Origin: Torpedo marmorata
Lineage: Eukaryota
Assembly: GCA_977017645.1 (NCBI GenBank)
Contig: CDRNVU010000372.1
Span: 1-64,000 of the forward strand
Reading direction: 5' to 3'
Length of the DNA: 64,000 nt
In this document: one piece after another, positions 24,840-36,766 of the stretch
How the letters are laid out: each line of letters begins with the position of its first letter
Numbering within the stretch: position 1 is the stretch's first letter
The notes under the pieces: model-generated
Told to the model about the DNA's origin: nothing
What the model saw: only the letters and a program-made list of their open reading frames with translations
The model's database searches: none
Position numbers and translations under genes: made by a program

Positions 24840-27621
24840 ATGGCCGCAGCAGCCACTGATACAGCAGCTACTGATGTATCAGCAGCTGATGCAGCAACCG
24901 CTGATGTTGCTGTTGAGGACCAACGTATTGAAGACATGAAGGTTGCGGATATTAAAGAAGAATTGAAGCGACTGAAAAAGGACATAAGTGGAAATAAAAA
25001 GGTTCTTGTCGAAAGATTGAAGCTGGCAAAGGATGAAGAGACAGCTTCATTAGATGAACAAGAAGATAACTTGGAAATGGCTGAAATTGTGTCACCAAAT
25101 GATGAAGAAATTGAAGTGGTTGAAGATGCAAAGGATATACAATTTGAATTGGATAAAAAGGTAAGTATGAAGACAGCATATGAACTGCAGGACAAAATAC
25201 AAGCAAGTGACAGTGTCTCAAATGCTGAAAGCAGGAGAAGCAAAAGAAGTTCTGGTTCGAGCTCCAGAGTTTTTCGTTCTTCAAATTCTGCATCGTCACG
25301 TACAAAGATTGATGTTAAATTGGCTGCTCTTCTTGCACAACAAAAAACGCTTAAGAATAAACATATTTTAGAACAAGAGGAGGAGCAGCTAAGACAAGAG
25401 AAGGAGCAGCTAAAGCAGATAAAAGAACAGTAGGAGCTGAAAGCAAACATTGCTATTGCCAAGGCAGAAAAGAAACCAATAGAAGGCTCAATGGTATCTG
25501 GTGCTAGAAGTAAATTATCTAAAGTGTCTGATAATAAAAGGTCATATTTAAAAAAGGAGTCACAGGAAAAGAAACCAACCAAAAGGATAGATATTTTAGA
25601 ACCAAGGATACAAAACCTACATATACAAGGACAAACCTTTCAAGAGCATATTGGTATCGAGTCACATGTACCAATGGTAACATCTGAAAGCAAAGCTGCG
25701 GCTTGGGTTCGGTCGAACGAAGCAGCTTCTTTGTTATTTGAGTCAAGCATCAGAAATATGGAAGAAACTACACCAGTAAGGTTTCCAGATACATTGCATG
25801 CAACAAGAGACGGTGAACAGAGCAATGTATTGTCATCCAAGGAAAGACAAAATGAAATTGCTGCATCATTGTTTCAGTTACAGTCTCTCTCTTCTTTACC
25901 CAAGAAAGAGATACAAATTTTTGATGGTGATCCACTTCAATATCAATCATTTATGAGATCTTTCAAACGCAATATTGAAGATAAATGCCAAGATCGTGAT
26001 GAATGTCTTTATTATTTGGAAATGTTCACAAAGGGACATCCAAAATAACTAGTAAAGAGTTGTAAACAAATGTCTTCAAAAAGAGGATTAGACAAAGCTA
26101 AGGCTTTACTGGAACAATATTTTGGCAACAAGCATCGAATTGCTTTAGCTTATATGGATAAAGCTCTTAAATGGACATCAATAAAACAAAATGATGTAAA
26201 GGCTCTGCAAGAATATACTCTGTTTTTAAGAGGATGTTGTAATGCTATGGAAGAAATCGATAATATTCGTGAGCTTGAAGTGCATAGTAATATGCGAATC
26301 ATCTTAGAAAAATTACCTTACAAGTTATGGGATATATGGAGAAATTTGGCTTGTGATTTACAAGTAAATTACGGTCGAAAAATTACTTTAAAGGATTTGG
26401 TAAATTTTCTTGAACGACAGGTGTACGTTGAGACGGATCCACTATATGGAAATACCAGAGATAATTCAATGGGCAAAGATGTAAGGAAGTCTAACACACA
26501 GTCTAGTCCGAAATTAAAAAGGAGTACTTTTGCTACTAATGTGCAAGTTATAAGTAAAGAAAAGGACAAAGTAAATAAGGAAAAGGAAAGTTTGCCTAAT
26601 GAAAAGAGTTGTTTGTTCTGTAAAGGTGGACATGCTTTGGAAATGTGTTTACGATTGGAAAAGAAGGAACATAAGGAAAAGATCGCTTTCTTAAAGGAAA
26701 ATTGAATATGTTTTAGCTGTCTGTGTAAAGGACACATCAGTAAAAACTGCGAGAAGTGAATTAATTGTAACATGCAATTTGAAACATCCTAGAATTTTGC
26801 ATATTCATAACAGAAACAAGGAATTGGAAAAGGAGCAAACAGAAACAAAGGAAACAACAGAAAATAATGTTATAACCTCGGTTCAGACAAGTGGTCTTAC
26901 TGGGGCCGGTGTGAATAACTGCAAACTTTCGATAGTGCCTGTACAAGTCAAGACCAAGAAAGGGGATGCAATAGTAAAAACATATGCATTTCTAGACCCA
27001 GGCAGCACTGCATCTTTTTGCACGGAAGGACTAATGAATAAACTTAATATTCAAGGAAGAAGATCAAGAATTATGTTAAAAACCATGGGACAAGAAAAGG
27101 TTGTTGAGACTAACATTGTTTCAGGCTTAGAGGTTGCTGGATTGGATGACAAAAAAATATGTGATCTTCCAAGTGTATATACTCAGAAGACTATGCCTGT
27201 GAATGAAGGAAATATTCCTCATCAAAAGGATATCCATCATTTAGCTTATCTGTGGAAGGTTTATTTACCTGAAATTAATTCTGAGATAGAAATGCTGATT
27301 GGTTCAGATGTTCCAAAGGTTTTGGTACCAAAAGAAGTAATAGAGAGTAAAAGGAATGGACCTTATGCTGTTAAAACCATGCTTGGTTGGACAATCAATG
27401 GACCACTAGAAAGAAATAATGATATTGCTCAGGAACAATTAGCGATAAATATTAATAGAATTTCGGTTGTGAAAGTTGAAGAGTTAAGCGAAGAGCAAAA
27501 AACTGTGAATAAGAAAATCACTTTTGAAGAAAAGAAAACAGATCAATGTGAAAATAAATCAATAGTATTTAAAACAACATTGAAGGAATTTCGTCAGAAA
27601 TGGATGAAAGTGAAGTATTAG
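24840..27621 (+). pseudogene. BEL/Pao gag-protease with N-terminal SAP-like motif; in-frame stops
   Basis: MKVADIKEELKRLKKDISGNKKVLVERL (SAP-like); IFDGDPLQYQSF (DUF1759-like); CLFCKGGH..C and CFSCLCKGH..C knuckles; YAFLDPGSTASF protease; GPYAVKTMLGWTINGP; stops at 25431, 26046, 26703, 26757. Confidence 0.9.
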
Positions 27622-28565
27622 AAGATGTTGCAAATAATACTATTGATTGTTCATGTGTAATTGAATCAGATACAGGAATAAAACAAGTGACTGAAAACAA
27701 ATCTGAATGTAGATTTTGTAGTTCAGAGGTTACAACAGACAAAGCTAATGAAGAAATATTGCAATGTGATGTAAAACTGGAAAACACAGAAAATTGTGCT
27801 GATGGAATAAAGAATAATGTGAATGATAATTTAATGCAATTGAATTCAGAGAACAAAATGTTGAAAGGGGAATTGGAAATATTAGATAATCAAGAAAACA
27901 GTAAACAGAAAGATTTAATTGTAAGTAAAACTCGCAAAGTCAGAAAGCGGAAGAAAAGAATATCTGCTGAAGAAATGAATACAGTTATTGAGGAAAGAGA
28001 TTCAGCATTATCAAAATGTAAAAGGTTGGAGGAAGATATTAATGTTTTAAAAGAGAACAAGTTATTGGTTAATAACACAAAACAGTTGACTTTAAAAACC
28101 AATCAAGAATGTAAATTGAATGTTCAACAATTAACAATGCAGAAAGAATGTGATATTGCATTGCAGAAATGTAACAAACAAGATGAAGAAATAAAAAAAA
28201 TTCAAGTTTTCCGCAACAGGATTGACAATAGAAATATCAATGTATCACATGATATTTTGACTTTAGATCAAATTATTAATTTCTCAGAAAGAACTGAGAC
28301 TGAATTGAAAGTTGCAAAATTGGATTTGGAATTGCAGGAAAGAGCAATAGAAACCAGAGTGGTTAAACAGTCCTGTTTATTAAAATCGAAAGGATCAAAT
28401 AAATATTCAAATTCTAGTTCTACGAGTTTAAATACTTCACATGAGAAGTGGAATAATGAAGAAAGGAATAAAGTGAAACGACATGCTGAAGAAGTGCCTT
28501 GTGTTAAATTCAAAAGAAAAACTGTATCTATTTTGTCTGAGGAAGATCTGAGGATTACTGGTTGA
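27600..28565 (+). CDS. 321-aa coiled-coil ORF inside the BEL element, containing a MIPOL1-like segment
   Basis: KKRISAEEMNTVIEERDSALSKCKRLEEDI..NNTKQLTLKTNQE aligns with recalled human MIPOL1 KMRITAEEMSALIEERDAALSKCKRLEQEL..NNMRHLTAENNQE. Confidence 0.75.
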   Translation: MDESEVLEDVANNTIDCSCVIESDTGIKQVTENKSECRFCSSEVTTDKANEEILQCDVKLENTENCADGIKNNVNDNLMQLNSENKMLKGELEILDNQENSKQKDLIVSKTRKVRKRKKRISAEEMNTVIEERDSALSKCKRLEEDINVLKENKLLVNNTKQLTLKTNQECKLNVQQLTMQKECDIALQKCNKQDEEIKKIQVFRNRIDNRNINVSHDILTLDQIINFSERTETELKVAKLDLELQERAIETRVVKQSCLLKSKGSNKYSNSSSTSLNTSHEKWNNEERNKVKRHAEEVPCVKFKRKTVSILSEEDLRITG

Positions 28566-28599
28566 CGTTTTAACTCAGATTATGGAGATAAAAGAGCTT

Positions 28600-28790
28600 T
28601 AAAGAGACATTGTGATTATTATGGATAATTCAACTTCAAGAAACTCCTGGTTACTTGGAAAAATTATTGAGACTTTTCAAGACAAAGAGGACTTGTGCGT
28701 CAAGTGTGAATTAAAGCTAAGACTGGTTTTCTAAACAGACCTATTTAACAAGGTCTGTCTTTTGTTGGAGACAGAGGAACTTTGATAAAT
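28600..28790 (+). pseudogene. BEL/Pao integrase C-terminal remnant (DUF5641-like)
   Basis: VIIMDNSTSRNSWLLGKIIETFQD..GLVRQV..K.KTGFLNRPI. Confidence 0.75.
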
Positions 28791-30092
28791 ATAAACTGAC
28801 TTTATTTGTTGTTGTATACTTTACAGGTTACAGACTTTTGTTGATTCAGAGTTATGGTAAACTCTGCGTTTATGAAGAAGGAAGAAAGAAGATTTGTATT
28901 GTTTGAATGTTATGGTTATTGTTATTTATAATTTATAGTGTAATTATTATTTAAGACTTTACGTCTAATTATAATAATTAGGGGCCGGTGTAAGAGCCGT
29001 AGGCTCATTAACTTACCTTTGCTGCGGCGCTCCGATGCCTCGTCGGGTTGTGGAGCGCTCGCGTTGTCTGTGGGCCGTCCTCGGCCCGTTCTGTGCTCTG
29101 CGCATGCGCTGGAGTGCCGACGGGCGCATGCGCAGTATGGAGTGACGTCATTGTGCGCGGTGTAGTTTGGGAAATGTAGTATGCGCGGTGGAGGGTGCGC
29201 AGTGGTATAGGAGCGATGGGGAATGCGCGAATTAGAGAAAAGGAAAAGGAATAAGATGTAGGAGGGTGAGTGAGATCTCCATATCTTTATTGACCATTTT
29301 ATAACGTCTTATACATCGTTTCAGAACATTGAACTGGTTACTTTGTAGTTTGGAATTGTTTAAAGAATCATTTAAAGAAACTCATCATACATCGTTTTCA
29401 AGAACTGTTTATATTAAAGTCATTGAAGATTACTGCAAGTCACGTGTGTAAATAAAGATTTTGAACATATTGGACTTTGTTGATAAATTAATTAAAACGC
29501 GTCAAAGACAAGTATCTCACTTAGCCTCCAGGTGACTATTGTTGGATCGAAGTCACCACAATATAGTCAATAAAGAGCTGGCTGTTTGGAACAGAAAATT
29601 GAAGGAAAGAAGATAGAATAATCTCTCTGTGCTTTGGACTGATATTTAAAATAAAATGGCGGCCATCTTGAAGATCCCTCGAGTTGGGGGCAGTTTGTAA
29701 TCCACATCCATCTGCCATGAATAACAGCCAGAGAGGGATTTAAAGCTTCAAATCTTATAGAAAAGTGTCCTATAAATACATTGGAGAAACCATTTTTGGA
29801 AATTCAGTGATATTAATGATGGATGTTGTGGTTGAAACTCGTTTGTGGATTGCAGCACATTACAGTCATTTGAAGTGGTAGGCATAAGTCTGTGGACTCC
29901 TTCAGTGTATCATTAGCAAGTAAGAACACAGATTGGAATTGCTGCCGCTGGTCCATTGGGGACTGTTGTTTGGCTAGTGTTGTGTATGCTTGAAGGAAAG
30001 AGGAACAAGACGAGTAAAATGGCCGCAGCAGCCACTGATACAGCAGCTACTGATGTATCAGCAGTTGATGCAGCAACCGCTGATGTTGCCAT

Positions 30093-30560
30093 AATAGTGT
30101 CTATTCCGCTGACTATACTATCCCCAATTACCACAATGTTTTTCTTTTCTACCCATTTCTTGAATTGCTTCCTGAATCACAGTGCTATGGTCAGGTCACT
30201 CATCCCTTCTACAGCATCCACTGAGGGAGTTAGAATCTCCAACCTGTTGGACGAGCTCAAGTGCTGAAACTCCTCCAGCACTACATCTTGGATTCCCCCT
30301 ACCTTTCTCACGAGCAGTCATGCCCTCATCTTCCTGACCAGAGTAGAATTGAAGCAGTTTAACTAATGGGACTGACTGCATTCTGAAACACAATGTCAAG
30401 GTAACTCCCTCCCTCCTCCCTGATGTGTTACAGTGTTTGAAGCTGTTTCCAACTGAATCGTGAATTTGAGCCTGAATTTCTCGAACAGCCAATATTTGCT
30501 GCAGATGTGGTCACCTGGAACCAACATCATGCAGCCACAGCACATCACCTGACCCTACAT
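30093..30560 (-). mobile_element. CR1 ORF1 (SGNH esterase) fragment; continues at 23755-23808 across the BEL insertion
   Basis: VIGDSIVSGIDTI on the right flank and DTILC..ESRRLCCLPGA on the left flank. Confidence 0.75.
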
Positions 30561-31479
30561 CCTTATTTTAATTAGTTGTAACTGGGTGACTCATTCATTA
30601 CTATGTTTAGTCTCAAGTACCAGCCAACTATTTGACAATTAATGTGCTTGAGTGGTTTAAAGAGTAAGGGTTAAGGGTCTAAACTGGCTCCTGTGCAGCC
30701 TTTCAAGCCAAAGCCTTCAAGTTCTACTCACACTTTCTGCTCCACTTCAGCTTCCAGTTATTTAGTGAATTAGTCATCTTACACCTGCACTTTTTAAAGT
30801 GGCCCTATCTCACTCATTCATCTACCAACTCCCGTAGCTGGAAAAGAAACTTAACAGCTCAGCACTCACCATTTTAATGTGACCTTCTCTCGCTCAGTCT
30901 CATACCAACTCTCATCACTGAAAGCAAATTGAATTCCAAACAGAAGAGCTTCTTGGGTGCTGGTCTGGCTACAATTCATCTGGGTGGGAACTGCCATCAC
31001 ATGGTTTTATTTTACTTCATCTCATTCCAAAAGTATACTTACCAATGATTTGTCTCCCCATCCTTTCCTTGCTCACATTGTCATCATTGGAGTCTTCCAA
31101 GTGTAAGTGCCATCGTCATGAATTTCTGCTGCTCGTGTATTATCAATGTGAAAAGCCCACTGGCTCAGCATTATGTCCCCACTGATCTACCCTGGGTCTG
31201 TCTGTCACAACCTCAGCCTGAATTATGGGTCCCTCTAAATCCTTCAATGAACTAACTCCCTCCCCTCACCATTTCTTTAACACAACATACTCCAGTGTTA
31301 GATTATCCTCTTGTGCATTTAATAGGTTTTGTGAACAAGAGCATTCTTGAAATTAAATCTACAGATCTTTTCTTATTCCCACCGATCCAGTGTGACTATT
31401 GATGAGGCTACACGTTGTCCGTCATACTTATCTGACTCGGCATTCCGATCATAAACCCCAATTTAGAGAAACGTGACTC

Positions 31480-31760
31480 AATTCAGCTGCTTAAGATGAT
31501 CAAAGGTATTGAAAGGGTAGAGAATTACTATTTCCTTTGATGGGGCTTCGAGGAAAAGGTGCATAATATTAAAATCAGAACTAGGCCATTTTTCTGTGAT
31601 TTCAGGAAACACTTATCTTTGCCAAAATGCTGTCAAAACCACTGAAATTTTCAAAATTGAGATCGATTGATTTTCAAGGATTCACATTCAAGACAAGTAG
31701 ATGAATTTAAATTACAGACCATTTTCATCAAACCAAATGGCGTTAAGGGCCTAATGAACT
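31480..31760 (+). mobile_element. Degenerate CR1 3' fragment
   Basis: KMIKGIERV..LFPL..GHNIKIR-like translation. Confidence 0.45.
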
Positions 31761-31834
31761 GAACACTCTTATATTTTACAGTCTCATATATTTTACACTT
31801 AATCATCCTCTCACTTTAATTTACATTTAACCAA

Positions 31835-32006
31835 GTTTTTTATTTTAATTTAGAAATACAGCACATTAACAGGCCCTTCCAGCCCACAAGCCCGTGCCGC
31901 CCAAATACCCCAAATAACCTACAACCCCTGTACGTTTTGAAGGGTGGGAGGAAACCGAAGCGCCCAGGGGAAGACCACACAGACACCGGGAGAACGTACA
32001 AACTCC
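31835..32006 (-). mobile_element. V-SINE/HE1-like SINE, interrupted by an L1
   Basis: tgggaggaaaccg and gggagaacgtacaaactcc, shared with the SINEs at 34225 and 44809. Confidence 0.8.
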
Positions 32007-33275
32007 TTTTTATTAAAATATTTTATTTAAAATTTTAAATCACAAAATACACAAAATAAAATATGATATTATCAAAACACTAGTGATACATTTTCACCCC
32101 CCCACCACCCTCCCTTCCCTAACCCTCCCTTCCCTAACCCTCCCAACCCTACTAATCTAATAAAATAAAATAAAAAAAAATATATATATATATAAAAAAT
32201 ATATAAAAATAAAAGAAAAAGATAGAGTAAGGAGAATGTCAATCTAAAAAAAACCATCTATAAACTAATTCTATTATGCAGGTTAGGTTTGCCAGTAGAT
32301 TCGATATCCAGAGATTTTCAAATTCTTACACCAACAACTTTCATATATGGGCTCCATATTTTTAAAAAGAAATGATATTTATTACATAAGTTATAAGTAA
32401 TTTTTTTCAAGTGGTATACATGAACGAAGTTCTGCATGCCATCTTTCTAACCCTAAATCTACATCAGATTTCAAAGTAATAGCAATACATTTCTTTGAAA
32501 CAGCTAAAGCAATTCGCAGAAATTCTATTTGGAACATATTTAATTTCATCTTAATACTAAATTTTCTAATATCTCCAAACAAAAATATCATAGGATCCAT
32601 TGGAAATGTAATCTTAAATACTTTATCTAAACATTTTTTAACTTTCAACCAGAAATCATAAACTTTTGGGCAAAACCATGTAGAATGTACAAAAGAACCT
32701 TCCTCTATAACCTAATTTCTCAATCAAAAATGCTCTAATTTGATAATAAGCAAAAAGTGTATTATCCAATATATTAAATTTATCTTTCATTCTTTGAAAA
32801 GTAATAAATTTCCCAGCTTCAAAACAATCATTTATTTTCTTAATTCCTTTTTGAAACCAAATTTTAAATAATTGATTATTAATAGTAAATGGAATAAGTT
32901 CATTTTGATATAAAGGCATCCTTGGATAAATCATTCCTTTTCCTCCTATTTCCTTATCCGTTTTATTCCATATTTCTAATAAATGTTTAATGATAGGAGA
33001 ATTTTTCCTTCTTGTTGATATTAATTTAGAATCCCATTTATAAATAACTTCTTCTTTGGAACCTTCTCCTATATTATTTAATTCTATTTTAATCCAAGCA
33101 GAAGATTTAGTTAAATCAAAAAGTTCATTGACAAATTTTAATTGAGCTGCTTTATAATAATTTTGAAAATTAGGAAGTTGTAAACCACCCATTTCATAAT
33201 TCCAAGTTAATTTTTCTATGCCTACTCTTGCTAACTTTCCTTTCCATAAAATTTTTCTAATAATTGAATTTAAGT
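32007..33275 (-). mobile_element. 5'-truncated L1 with an internal deletion of about 325 bp at about 32706
   Basis: GGLQLPNFQNYYKAAQL, PMDPMIFLFG; colinear with the 54198-60042 copy apart from the deletion. Confidence 0.92.
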
Positions 33276-33589
33276 CTTACAGCTAAGTGTTAATTTGCTT
33301 CAGTAAACAAGCTGTGTTAAACACAAATGACTATACTTCTAGATTAAACAAAATATTGGAACCACAAAAGAAAATGTTTGATATCATAAAATCATATCTC
33401 GAAAAAGAGTCATGACTTCAAAGTGTAACAACGCAAACGAATGAATCTGCAAAAGATTCTTTTGTAGAAGTGCGATGAATGCAATATTGTTTACAATTGC
33501 ATGGGTATGAAATTAATTCGCTGAATATGTTAAATGGAATCATTTTTTCCTGCAGATGGTGACTCTGTGACTATTTGTAGAAAACAATA

Positions 33590-34215
33590 AACAAGAAAAT
33601 AGGAGCAGTCGTAAGGCCATCAGGCCCTTCAAGCCTGTTCCACTATTTAACATGCTCCTTCCTGCCTGATCTGTGCTGGTCTCAACTCCCATTTAACTGC
33701 CATTCCTTCATACCCCTCTATTCATCGATCTATCAAATATGTATCCACCTCCACTTTACATATTTCTAATGATTCAGCTTCCAGCACCCGCTGGGGCATA
33801 GAATTCCAGAGATTCACCACCATCTGCAAGAAGAAATTTCGATGTACCTTGGCTTTAAATGACAGGTCTCTTGTCGTTATGTCCCCTTGTGACTATTCCA
33901 CAAGTGAAAACATTCGAACATCTACCCTGTCAAACACCTTAGGCTCTGAGATGTTTTAATAAGGTCACTCTTCATTCTTCTAAATTCCATGGAATGTAGG
34001 ACCAATCTAATAGTCTCTCTTAATAGGGCAACCCTCTGAACCCACCAATTAGCTCTTTTGTACTGCGTCCAATGTTATTATGTCTTTTCTTAAGGTTAGG
34101 GTACCAAAACTGTACAGTATTCCAGCTGAAGCCTCACCAACACCCTGAAAAATTGCAACAAAACCTCCCTAATTTTAAAAGGTTCAACCCCTTTGCAAAA
34201 AATGCCAATTGCCTG
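33590..34215 (-). mobile_element. CR1 3' fragment
   Basis: aagaaaataggagcag..ggccatcaggcccttcaagcctg tail; agaattccagagattcaccacc (RVVNLWNS on minus). Confidence 0.7.
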
Positions 34216-34224
34216 TTAACTACT

Positions 34225-34460
34225 TTTTAAAAATAATTTAGACATACAGCACGGTAACAGCCCCTTCCAGCCCACGAGCCTGTGCTGCCCAATTACACTC
34301 AATTCACCTATAACCACCGTGCGTTTTTGGAAGGTGAGAGGAAACCGAAGGAAACCCATGCAGACACGGTGAGAACGTACAAACTCCTCACAGACAGTGC
34401 GGTTCCAAACCCGGGTTGCTGGCACTGTAACAGCATTGCACTAACCACTAAGTTAACTGT
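34225..34460 (-). mobile_element. V-SINE/HE1-like SINE
   Basis: Reverse complement of the SINE at 44809-45058; tRNA-like head at the right end. Confidence 0.85.
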
Positions 34461-34603
34461 ACTTGATGGACCTGCCTTCTTGTATTTTTGTTATTCATGC
34501 ACTAGAGCATCGAGACCTCTGAACAGGTTAACAGCTCAGATAAAAGTGTAAAGGAGAAGCATGCTTTCAATTGTAAAGACTCAGCCAAGGTATTCACCCA
34601 GTA

Positions 34604-35896
34604 CAGGACCACCCTGGATTACGAACCCCTGACTTATGGACACCCTGTACATACAACCAAGCCTTTAGGAGACCAGCGAGATGTATGGGGAGAGATTCGC
34701 CGGCTGCTGCTTGGCACAGGCATCTTTTCCCAGGTGGAAATGGGGCACTTCAGCATGTCTCCTCTCCCCACTCCTTTCCCCTACACCATGAGTCGCAACA
34801 ATCAGGGGCTCACTCGCTCAGTTGGCTGCGACTGATCACTCTCCCAACTATTTATTCATTTCTGATTTACAATTGATTTCAGATTTATTGTCCGAGTACA
34901 TACATGACATCACATACAACCCTGAGATTCTTTTTTTCCTGTGGGCGTGGCAGAATTACCACTAATTCATAGTGCAAAAAATAAACTGTGCACAACGTAC
35001 TCGTGTAAACAAAGGACTGTAAACTGATAGCGAATGTAAACTAACTGACTGCAATACAGAGAGGACAAAAGAAAATCAATAAAGTGCACAAGCAAGAGTC
35101 CTGAAATGAGTCTCTGATTGAGTTTGTCGTTGAGGAGTCTGATGGTGGAGGGGTAGCAGCTGTTCCTGAACCTGGTGGTGTGAGTCTTGTGGCACCTATA
35201 CCTCTTTCCTGATGGCAGCAGCGAGAACAAAGCGTGTGCTGTGTGGTGAGAGTCTTTGATGATTGCTGCTGCACTCCGACCACGGCGTTCCCTGTAGATG
35301 TACTCAATAGTGGGGAGGGTTTTGCCTGTGATGTCCTGGGCTGTGTCCACTACCTTTTGCAGGGCTTTACGCTCAGGGGTGTTGGTGTTCCCATACCAGA
35401 CCGTGATGCAGCCGGTCAGCACACTTTCCACCACACATCTGTAGAAAACTTCTGAGGAAGTAGAGGCGCTGATGTGCTTTCTTCACAATGCCATAAGTGT
35501 GTTGGGTCCAGAAAAGATCCTCCAAAATAGTGACTTCCAAGAACTTAAATTTGCTCACCCTCTCCACCTCTGATCCCCCAATGATCGCTGGATTGTATAC
35601 CTCTGGCTTATCTTTCCTGAAGTCAACAATCATCTCCTTTGTTTTGGTGACATTGAGTGCAAGGTTGTTGTTGGTGCACCATTCAGCCAAGTTTTCAATC
35701 TCCATCCTGTATGCTAACTCATCCCCTTCCTTTATGCAACCCACTACTGTGGTATCGTCAGAAAATTTGTAGATGGTGTTATTGTCGTACCGAGCCACAC
35801 AGTCCGGTGTAAAGTGAGTAGGTGAGTAAAGTGAAGTAGTTCAGGTTACGAATAGTTCTCAAGAACAGATCCCCATTATAACCTCGCGACTGCCTT
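34604..35896. mobile_element. Possible decayed Tigger/Tc1-like MITE ends bracketing the Rex1 insertion
   Basis: TA-cagg..cctggattacgaac on the left; tataacctcgcgactgcct-TA on the right; heavily diverged. Confidence 0.35.
34875..35815 (-). mobile_element. Rex1/Babar LINE 3' fragment
   Basis: [51 protein letters not shown]; aataaatctga tail. Confidence 0.88.
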
Positions 35897-36766
35897 ATTC
35901 ATTTGAAAGGACTTCGCAACGTGCAGAATAAATAAAATAAAGGCACTGAAAATCTGCGTTGCACCTGATAAGCAAGTATCACGACAACAACCCCTTGAAG
36001 TTGGGGTTTGAATGGGCTGTGAAGGAAGGTGGTCCTTTGCTAAGAACAGAATTCTGTCTTTTTCTTCTATCACATACATTCTTTCACAAGAACTCCACAA
36101 GCCTCTTGTGATTCTGGGCCTCGGTCATTAACCTTTCTCATTAAAAATAATTGCCTGATTGCCGATAGATTTAAGTCTCTCGTAAGGGTGATAATTAAGT
36201 CTTAAACATAATTTAACATGCTATCCTGCTGGCAACTGGGATAGTAGCTGTTTACATAGTTTTATCTGCTCTCCCTTTTCTGAAGAATGCACATCACAGC
36301 ACAGAACCTTTCCAGTGATAATCTAACTTTTAGAAACTCTCCATTGAAGCGCTTAAATAGTTAAAATATTTCCGCTGATTTCCAGGGCCAACATTTAGTA
36401 ACAATCTAACAAATTAGCCAAATACTGTGCTGTAATTGGACCAAATGTGTTAATGTTTATTAAACTCTTTAATTGAAATAATACACACATTTGGTTATAG
36501 AGTGATCTTATGAAGAAGAGTTTTATCTTTACCTAATTGATGAAACTAAATAATCAGTAATTGACATGTGAAACATTAGACCAGAATATATGACTGGTTG
36601 CATAGATAGCTATTGCCTTGAAAAAAATAAATGACAATAGTTCAATTTATGAAATAAATTCAGTTCAAGGACATAACAAACATTGACCAGTTTCAGATGT
36701 ACAGAGCAAATTATTTCTCCTACATTTGTAGACGTGGTCTTGGGTGCAGTAGCACCAACCTTTAGA

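Larger units (their letters stand above)
23809..30092 (+). mobile_element. Non-autonomous BEL/Pao LTR retrotransposon; LTRs 23809-24724 and 28989-29904, plus 185 bp of repeated internal sequence; inserted in a CR1 ORF1
   Basis: 916-bp TGT...TCA direct repeats with one visible mismatch; PPT aggggccgg; BEL-type gag/protease; aatagtgtc duplicated at 23800-23808 and 30093-30101. Confidence 0.93.

Noticed and set aside
24722-25582. 286-aa hydrophobic minus-strand ORF
   Set aside because: Antisense shadow of the Lys/Glu-rich BEL gag
32700-32712. Spliced L1 transcript explaining the internal deletion
   Set aside because: Junction does not fall on GT-AG boundaries when compared with the full-length copy
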